This document shows positions 58,350 through 64,000 of a DNA stretch of 64,000 nt, piece by piece. Below the pieces are notes generated by a model, which was not told the origin of the DNA, made no database searches, and saw nothing but the letters and a program-made list of their open reading frames with translations. The position numbers were made by a program, and so were the translations under genes. Source of the DNA: Bacteroidota bacterium (GTDB taxonomy: Bacteria; Bacteroidota; Bacteroidia; Chitinophagales; JADIYW01); NCBI GenBank assembly GCA_963169645.1, contig CAUJCO010000006.1, positions 70,096-134,095 of the forward strand. The letters are read 5' to 3'. Numbering within the stretch: position 1 is the first letter of the stretch; each line of letters opens with the position of its first letter.

Positions 58350-58407
58350 AGTGTAAAAATAAAATTAAAATACGTATATACATAGCAACAAAGGTTTAAA
58401 ATAGTAA

Positions 58408-58445
58408 AAAAGGCGAGGTCTCACCAACGGTGAGACCTCGCCTTT
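58408..58445 (-). terminator. Rho-independent terminator of the L31 gene
   Basis: 14-bp GC-rich stem GGCGAGGTCTCACC / GGTGAGACCTCGCC with a 3-nt loop, followed by T6 on the minus strand. Confidence 0.9.
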
Positions 58446-58464
58446 AGATATACGTTTTAGTAAA

Positions 58465-58713
58465 TTATTTTTTACCGTATTTTTTGTTGAATTTATCGAT
58501 ACGACCTGCTGTATCTAATAATTTTTGTTTTCCTGTGTAGTAAGGATGAGATACGTTAGAAACCTCTAATTTTACTAAAGGATACTCATTACCGTCTTCC
58601 CATTTAATGGTATCTTTAGTGTTTGCACAAGATTTTCCTAAAAACATGTGGTCGCAAGAAAAATCTTTAAATACTACAAATCTGTATTCTTTTGGATGGA
58701 TATCTGCTTTCAT
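58465..58713 (-). CDS. rpmE: 50S ribosomal protein L31, type B
   Basis: [17 protein letters not shown]...[20 protein letters not shown]...[10 protein letters not shown]. It lacks the CxxC pairs of type A. Confidence 0.95.
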   Translation of the reverse strand: MKADIHPKEYRFVVFKDFSCDHMFLGKSCANTKDTIKWEDGNEYPLVKLEVSNVSHPYYTGKQKLLDTAGRIDKFNKKYGKK

Positions 58714-58742
58714 GGCGTCTTTTTTTTCGTTAATTTGGAATG

Positions 58743-58750
58743 CAAAGATA
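58743..58750 (-). promoter_or_regulatory. Candidate -7 promoter box TATCTTTG for the L31 gene
   Basis: The + strand reads caaagata, 30 nt upstream of the ATG at 58713. Confidence 0.35.
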
Positions 58751-58834
58751 CTCTTTTTTTTCTAAATTCTACCATCTGTAAATGAGATTATTATTAATTC
58801 TGAGTAAAATTGCAAATGTTTGATTGTGATGTTG

Positions 58835-59944
58835 TTAGTTAGTTTTTGGTGGTTTTTTAAATACAATCTTGAGTGCTCCACTTGTTTTCAAGTTCGATGT
58901 TAAGGACACATTTTGTATTTTTTTTCCATCTTTTATAGTAACAGATGCCGTGTTTGGCGGCTCTGTACCTTGGTTGATGGCATCTAACACTAAGTAATTA
59001 ACTTCTTGCTCCAATTGTATGGTGATGGATTTTCTTGATTTGGTTAAAAGTACATTTTGTAAAATAGGTTTCTTGTTTAAAAACAAGTTGATAGAGTCGC
59101 CATCTTCATTGTATCTATCCCAATATTCAATCGTAATTAAGCCGTTTACAACTTCAATTTCATCTCTGATGACCACCGGTTTGGTTTTGACTTGTTCAAA
59201 GGTGTCAATAATTGGAGCTCTTTCTTCATTTTTAGCAACAATTTTTGTTTCTGATTTTGACGTGTTGACATTATTATTAGCTATTTCAATTTTATTATCC
59301 GGAATTGGCTTGTTTATGTTGGTTTGCTTAATTGCCGATGTATCAATCGGTGTAGAAGTATTTTTGATTTCCGTATTTTTCGGTGTCGGTTTTGTATTTG
59401 CCAACATTTCTTCCAAGGCTGTTTTGTTTAGCTTTTTAGTGATGGCAATGCTGTTCCACTTTGCTTCAAAAGCTGCAATCTCGGATTGATATTTAGCTTT
59501 GTGCAAATAGGCACTTCGCAAACATTGGAACATATCTTTTTGGATATATTTTACTTTGCAAAGAGTATTTTTTTGTTCTCTAAGTAACCAAGTATCTGTA
59601 AACGTTAAAAGCGTTTCATCGTCATTCAAATCAAATGTACCATTAAGGCAGTCAATCCAATTAGATGGGCCACTTTCTCGCAATAAAACAATCGTGGTGA
59701 TTTCCAAATATTTTTTATCGCAAATAAAACCACTCACATTGTATTCGCCAAAATAGAAATCATCCATTATTCGTAATCGAGCGGAAAATATATTTCCGGG
59801 TGGCAATTTTTCTACCACTAATTCAACATCGTATCTATTATGAATGTATTGTACAAAATTTCCGGTCCACGTACCATTAACATCTTGTGCTCGAATCGTG
59901 TTGGAAAAAAAAACTAAAAAAAATATAGTAAACAGCTGCTTCAT
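58835..59944 (-). CDS. Secreted hypothetical protein, two ordered domains joined by a K/T/N-rich linker
   Basis: Signal peptide MKQLFTIFFLVFFSNTIRAQ. The ATG at 59944 is preferred over the TTG at 59953. No family motif recognised. Confidence 0.55.
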   Translation of the reverse strand: MKQLFTIFFLVFFSNTIRAQDVNGTWTGNFVQYIHNRYDVELVVEKLPPGNIFSARLRIMDDFYFGEYNVSGFICDKKYLEITTIVLLRESGPSNWIDCLNGTFDLNDDETLLTFTDTWLLREQKNTLCKVKYIQKDMFQCLRSAYLHKAKYQSEIAAFEAKWNSIAITKKLNKTALEEMLANTKPTPKNTEIKNTSTPIDTSAIKQTNINKPIPDNKIEIANNNVNTSKSETKIVAKNEERAPIIDTFEQVKTKPVVIRDEIEVVNGLITIEYWDRYNEDGDSINLFLNKKPILQNVLLTKSRKSITIQLEQEVNYLVLDAINQGTEPPNTASVTIKDGKKIQNVSLTSNLKTSGALKIVFKKPPKTN

Positions 59945-60262
59945 CCGTTGCAAAATTAACTTAATTACGAAGCCTTCAACAAATTTGTTGCCAAATAATG
60001 TGGATAAATGGATGCAAAAAGCTTGCTTATTTACATAAATTAACTAATTGCGTATTTTAGATAGAATAATCAATTTATGATTGATTGGTTTCTAAGCTAA
60101 ATCTTTTATTGTATATTTTATTAATCAAAAAAAATAAACAAATATACAAGGCAAAACGGTTTTCCAACTCAGGTTTTTTTACATCCGTTTGCGGTTCAAT
60201 ATGTGCTTTTTAGTCTTTATTTTATTAAACCATACACTTCTTTTATTTATTTGGAATACGTA

Positions 60263-60817
60263 TCAAGCAGCTAACTTCATAGCAGTTTGTATGCTTTCAA
60301 TTTGTTTTAAATGTCTGAGGATGTGATTGATATAAAATTGAAGTGTATCACCCAATTTTATGGTAATGAAACGTGAAATAGATGTTGGAATTTTTACTTT
60401 ATTTAAACTTACATTGCGTGATGCATTTAGTATTTCCAATAATTTTATTTGTTGTTCAAGGAACGTATCGATAACGGCTCTGCTTAGATTTGCATTTAAT
60501 GGATTCTTATCTTGGAAGGTTTTCATTTTGTTTAATTTTTCTTTGGGCAACATACTTTCTGCAAAGTAATTTCCTAACCATCCGCTTTTAAATTCCGATT
60601 CCGGTTGTGATGTTGATTTTTTTATTCTTTCTTCCATTTTTGACAAATAGAATTCGCCATATAAATTTAAGTGTTCTAAGCACTCTAATATACTCCAAGA
60701 CGTTTCGTTTTCTTTCCAGTTTAACGTTGGCATATCGAGTGTTTTTAATTTTTCAACTTGATTAATAATAAGCCTTGTTTGCTCTAATTGAGCTTGTATT
60801 AATTTCTCTGCTTGCAT
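60263..60817 (-). CDS. DinB family protein
   Basis: WSILECLEHLNLY and INHILRHLKQI fit the DinB/YfiT four-helix His-triad pattern. The ATG at 60817 is preferred over the track start at 60877. Confidence 0.65.
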   Translation of the reverse strand: MQAEKLIQAQLEQTRLIINQVEKLKTLDMPTLNWKENETSWSILECLEHLNLYGEFYLSKMEERIKKSTSQPESEFKSGWLGNYFAESMLPKEKLNKMKTFQDKNPLNANLSRAVIDTFLEQQIKLLEILNASRNVSLNKVKIPTSISRFITIKLGDTLQFYINHILRHLKQIESIQTAMKLAA

Positions 60818-60873
60818 AATGTATATTTTTATGCAAAGTTCTAAAATGGGTGTTTTATAAATCTTGATTGAAA

Positions 60874-61383
60874 TCAACGCTTTTTTATACGCGAGAGTGT
60901 TTCGGCACTCATGCGTAAATAATTCGCAATATGTCGATTGGGAATTTCTTGAAAAAGTTGCGGACTGCGTTTCAATACTCTTTCATATCGTTCTTTAGGA
61001 GAATTTGTTAGCAAATCTATTTCTCGTTCAAACTGTTGCAGTACTAAGTTTTCTAATATTGTGTTCCAAAAAAGTCTATGCTCTTCAAGCTGTAAAAATT
61101 GTGTTACTTGCTGTTTTGTAATTATTTTTATTACAGTTTTCTTTATTGCTTGTATAAATAAATCCGATGGTTTTCCTGTTAAAAAAGAATCTAATGAAAC
61201 AATGATATTTTCTTTATAGCCAAACCGGATAGTTTGTTCTTCGTATTCATCCAAAATAAAAATTCGTAAACTGCCACTAACAATATAATATACATTGGTA
61301 TCAATGCTGCCTTTTATTTTAAGAAATTCGTTTCTTTCTATTGTAATTTCTTTGGTCGAAAGTTCAATTAATTCTTTCATCAT
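60874..61383 (-). CDS. Crp/Fnr family transcriptional regulator
   Basis: cNMP-binding beta-roll (YYIVSGSLRIFILDEYEEQTIRFGY) and a C-terminal HTH (NRHIANYLRMSAETLSRIKK). Confidence 0.8.
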   Translation of the reverse strand: MMKELIELSTKEITIERNEFLKIKGSIDTNVYYIVSGSLRIFILDEYEEQTIRFGYKENIIVSLDSFLTGKPSDLFIQAIKKTVIKIITKQQVTQFLQLEEHRLFWNTILENLVLQQFEREIDLLTNSPKERYERVLKRSPQLFQEIPNRHIANYLRMSAETLSRIKKR

Positions 61384-61408
61384 ATCTTATCCTTAATCAG
61401 AAAAAAAA

Positions 61409-62020
61409 TTATTCTGTTTCTTCTGAAAGTGCTATTTCATTGATAGATTGAATATAATTTAACACTTCATCGCGACCTCTATTTTTTTCGGATGAAGTAA
61501 TGAAAGAGTTGGGCAACGTTTCCCAATTTTCAAGTAATTTTTCTTTAAAATTTCGAACATTTTTTTGAATAACTAAATTCTTTTCTCTATCAGATTTAGT
61601 AAAGATAATGGCAAACGGAATACGTATTTCACCTAACCAATTGATAAATTCTAAATCAATCTTTTGTGGTGATATCGTAGCATCAATCAATACAAATAAG
61701 GTGAGCAGTTGCGAACGTTTGGAAATGTAGTATTTAATCATTTTGCTAAATACTTCGCGTGTAGATTTAGAAACTCGAGCGTAACCATAACCGGGCAAAT
61801 CCACCAAATACCAACTTTGGTCTATCTCGAAAAAATTAATCATTTGTGTTTTTCCGGGCGTTTTCGATACTTTCGCTAAATCGCGTTTGTTGGTTAGCAT
61901 GTTAATTAACGATGATTTTCCAACATTACTTCTGCCAATAAAGGCAAACTCGTTAAATTCAGTTGTCGGACAATCATCAGTTTTGGGAAATGAGCCAATA
62001 AATTTCGCAGTACGTATCAA
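61409..62020 (-). CDS. engB: Ribosome biogenesis GTPase YsxC/EngB
   Basis: G1 GRSNVGKSSLIN, G3 DLPGYG and G4 TKSD. TTG start. Confidence 0.9.
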   Translation of the reverse strand: MIRTAKFIGSFPKTDDCPTTEFNEFAFIGRSNVGKSSLINMLTNKRDLAKVSKTPGKTQMINFFEIDQSWYLVDLPGYGYARVSKSTREVFSKMIKYYISKRSQLLTLFVLIDATISPQKIDLEFINWLGEIRIPFAIIFTKSDREKNLVIQKNVRNFKEKLLENWETLPNSFITSSEKNRGRDEVLNYIQSINEIALSEETE

Positions 62021-62158
62021 TTTGTAGAATAATTAATGCAAAGATGAATACTATTTTTAAATTATTGAACTTTAATTTTCTACTTTTGTGTTTAAATTGG
62101 GCAATTTTCCATTTGTTTGGATAAATTGATATAACAATAGCATAAATTTTGAATATAG

Positions 62159-62875
62159 ATGGGTACACCATTAACACCTTATAATACCAACGAAAGCAAG
62201 AAAGAACAAGTGGCTTCTATGTTTAATAACGTTGCCGGAACGTATGATTTTTTGAATCATTTTTTTTCAATGGGTATTGATAAACTTTGGCGACGTAAGT
62301 TGGTGAAAATAATGGGACAATCGAACCCGAAAATTATATTAGATGTTGCCACCGGAACAGCAGATTTGGCTATAGCCGAAACCAAATTAAATCCGGAGAA
62401 AATAATTGGTGTCGATATTTCGGAAAAGATGTTAGAAGTTGGAAAAACGAAAACAAAACAATACCCGACTATTGAATTAAAATTGGCAGATGGTGAACAA
62501 CTTCCATTTGAAAATAATACGTTTGATGCCGTAAGTATTGCATTTGGAATTCGTAATTTTGAAAATGTAATTCCGGGATTAGCTGAAATGCATCGCGTAT
62601 TAAAAATAGGAGGAAAGGTGTATGTGTTGGAATTTTCTAAACCAACTAATTGGTTCATAAAAAAAATATACTATTTTTATTTTTGCAACGTTTTACCATT
62701 TGTTGGAAAATTAGTGTCGAAAGATGCTCGTGCGTATAGTTACTTGCCGGAGAGTGTTCGTATTTTTCCGGATGGCAAAAAATTTGTGGAATTATTGCAA
62801 TATGCAGGTTTTAAAAAAATTGAATGCAGACAACTTACTTTTGGTATCAGTACCATTTATATAGCAGAAAAATAA
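62159..62875 (+). CDS. ubiE: Demethylmenaquinone/ubiquinone C-methyltransferase
   Basis: VASMFNNVAGTYDFLNHFFSMGIDKLWRR and DVATGTADLAI motifs. Confidence 0.9.
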   Translation: MGTPLTPYNTNESKKEQVASMFNNVAGTYDFLNHFFSMGIDKLWRRKLVKIMGQSNPKIILDVATGTADLAIAETKLNPEKIIGVDISEKMLEVGKTKTKQYPTIELKLADGEQLPFENNTFDAVSIAFGIRNFENVIPGLAEMHRVLKIGGKVYVLEFSKPTNWFIKKIYYFYFCNVLPFVGKLVSKDARAYSYLPESVRIFPDGKKFVELLQYAGFKKIECRQLTFGISTIYIAEK

Positions 62876-63552
62876 GTTTATTCCTTTTATTTTTGGTTCC
62901 TACATTCGTTTTCAGTCAACGTAATGTAATGGAAAACGATTTGAAATTTGCCCGAAAACCATACCATTTTGGGATTCATTTATCTTCCGGTTTTTCTGAT
63001 TTTAAAATTAAACATAACGAGTTATTTGCAACCAGCGACACAATCTTAGAAATTAAATCTAAATATGGTGTTGATTTTGGAATTGGTGCATTAATTAGTT
63101 ATCATCTTCATCGTTATGTGGAACTAAGAACCACGCCCGGTTTTATTTTTTCCAATAAACAGTTGAATTATACGTATGCCAATGCCTCTACCGAAAAGAA
63201 AGAAATACCACAAATTTTCTTCGATTTTCCGATAGAGTTTAAAATTAAATCGCAACCTTTAAAAGATATAAAAATTTATTTGGTTGCCGGTTTGAGATAC
63301 GGATATGATATTGGTAGTGAATTTAAAGCAAGAAAACAAGCCAATATGCCAATTCAATCACCGCATGATTTAGCAATAAATTATGGTGCCGGTTTAGAAA
63401 TTCATTTTCCTTTATTCATCTTATCGCCGGAGTTTAAAATGTCTAATTCTGTGTTGAACAGTCATAAATACAATGATGTATTGCCTGCTTCTCGTTTCAT
63501 TAAAGGCTTGTATAATCGTTCCTTCACTTTTTCGCTTAATTTTGAAGGATAA
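62824..63552 (+). CDS. PorT/SprT-like outer-membrane beta-barrel protein (T9SS-associated family)
   Basis: Signal-like LFLLFLVPTFVFSQ with alternating beta-strand pattern ending FTFSLNFEG. The position downstream of ubiE is typical for PorT-family genes. The ATG at 62824 overlaps ubiE by 52 nt; no alternative canonical start. Confidence 0.6.
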   Translation: MQTTYFWYQYHLYSRKISLFLLFLVPTFVFSQRNVMENDLKFARKPYHFGIHLSSGFSDFKIKHNELFATSDTILEIKSKYGVDFGIGALISYHLHRYVELRTTPGFIFSNKQLNYTYANASTEKKEIPQIFFDFPIEFKIKSQPLKDIKIYLVAGLRYGYDIGSEFKARKQANMPIQSPHDLAINYGAGLEIHFPLFILSPEFKMSNSVLNSHKYNDVLPASRFIKGLYNRSFTFSLNFEG

Positions 63553-63650
63553 TATTTTGCTTCCTTTTAATTTTTATCGAATAGTTGAGTTAAACCTAAT
63601 TGTCTGATTTTAATTTCTACAGGTAGCATTTTTATTATCGATAAAATAAG

Positions 63651-63689
63651 AAAAGCAATGATAGTAAGTGAAAAACTATCATTGCTTTT
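63651..63689. terminator. Hairpin terminator between convergent genes
   Basis: 14-bp perfect stem AAAAGCAATGATAG / CTATCATTGCTTTT with an 11-nt loop, 18 nt downstream of the minus-strand stop at 63707. Confidence 0.7.
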
Positions 63690-63706
63690 GTAATTTGTTG
63701 TATATT

Positions 63707-64000
63707 TTATTGGGCTGTTTTAGAGCCTTTCTTTAAACGTTTTCTAGTTCCTTTGTCTACTCTGTCTGTTGCATCGTTGATGTCATCGCCATCATCATCT
63801 ACTTTATTACCACCAACTTTTGCAAAGTCAAATTTCAATGAAAAACGGAAAGTATTATCTAATGGGTTTCTAGCACCACCAGTTGGTATTAAATAAGAAA
63901 AGTCTAAACCAAAGACGCTATATTTTACGCCTACACCGGTTGACACAAATCGACGGAAGCCTTTATCTTTCGCTTCTAAGAAATAACCTACACGAGCACC
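63707..64000 (-). CDS. C-terminal part of an outer-membrane beta-barrel-like protein (ORF runs off the right edge) with a charged tail
   Basis: The frame is open to 64000 (GARVGYFLEAKDKGFRRFVSTGVGVKYSVFGLDFSYLIPTGGARNPLDNTFRFSLKFDF), followed by an acidic-then-basic tail VDDDGDDINDATDRVDKGTRKRLKKGSKTAQ. The family (PorV/PorQ-like?) is not resolved. Confidence 0.45.
   Translation of the reverse strand, partial: GARVGYFLEAKDKGFRRFVSTGVGVKYSVFGLDFSYLIPTGGARNPLDNTFRFSLKFDFAKVGGNKVDDDGDDINDATDRVDKGTRKRLKKGSKTAQ

Noticed and set aside
58714-58834. Looked for a Zur box or ribosomal-protein leader structure upstream of the type B L31 gene
   Set aside because: No palindrome or conserved-looking structure is visible, only a plausible -7 promoter box. 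Type B L31 appears to be the housekeeping copy here.
60068-60086. AATCAAT-N5-ATTGATT palindrome as an FNR/CRP box for the adjacent Crp-family regulator
   Set aside because: The half-site orientation (ATCAA...TTGAT) is the reverse of the FNR consensus TTGAT-N4-ATCAA, and the spacing differs. It is kept only as a generic inverted repeat within the intergenic finding.
1-64000. Search for CRISPR arrays, rRNA genes and intact tRNA genes
   Set aside because: I saw no regularly spaced repeats of 25-40 bp. The only GC-rich intergenic patches resolve into terminator hairpins or the 16-nt tRNA-like fragment at 5942-5957. No cloverleaf could be built.

Overview
AT-rich (by eye about one-third G+C) chromosomal segment. 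The gene content is typical of Bacteroidota: PorT/SprT-like protein, DUF4159, DUF3822, PSP1/RicT, and a conserved sigma-54 activator-LptE-SecG block. Several predicted starts are preceded by the Bacteroidetes -7 promoter box TAnnTTTG. The left ~5.9 kb is accessory. It is a decayed integrative island carrying a twice-broken tyrosine integrase, a 496-aa orphan, an AlpA/HTH_17-like protein, a PrimPol-helicase fusion, repeated hairpins and a truncated wHTH gene. The island ends at a tRNA-3'-end-like fragment followed by an orphan terminator, which I read as a candidate attR. The remaining ~58 kb is mostly housekeeping and envelope genes. These include a CDF transporter, ispB, a TetR-regulated RND efflux operon, miaB, an OstA-like/MlaD/amidase/LptD-like cluster, rsmE, rsmD, sucC, icd, ruvB, pssA, comM/yifB, prmA, tpiA, L31 type B, engB and ubiE. 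I found no rRNA gene, no intact tRNA gene and no CRISPR array. Candidates for undescribed biology, none with an established function: (1) the satellite-like island and its 496-aa cargo ORF; (2) a two-gene membrane module (Ig-like anchor protein + DUF4407) wedged between miaB and the Lpt/Mla cluster; (3) a sphingosine-1-phosphate-lyase-like PLP enzyme in an operon with PssA; (4) an arginase-fold protein that has lost its metal ligands; (5) a 1524-aa secreted orphan; (6) a 778-aa hyper-acidic expansion protein. All family calls come from motif recognition by eye. No database search was run.
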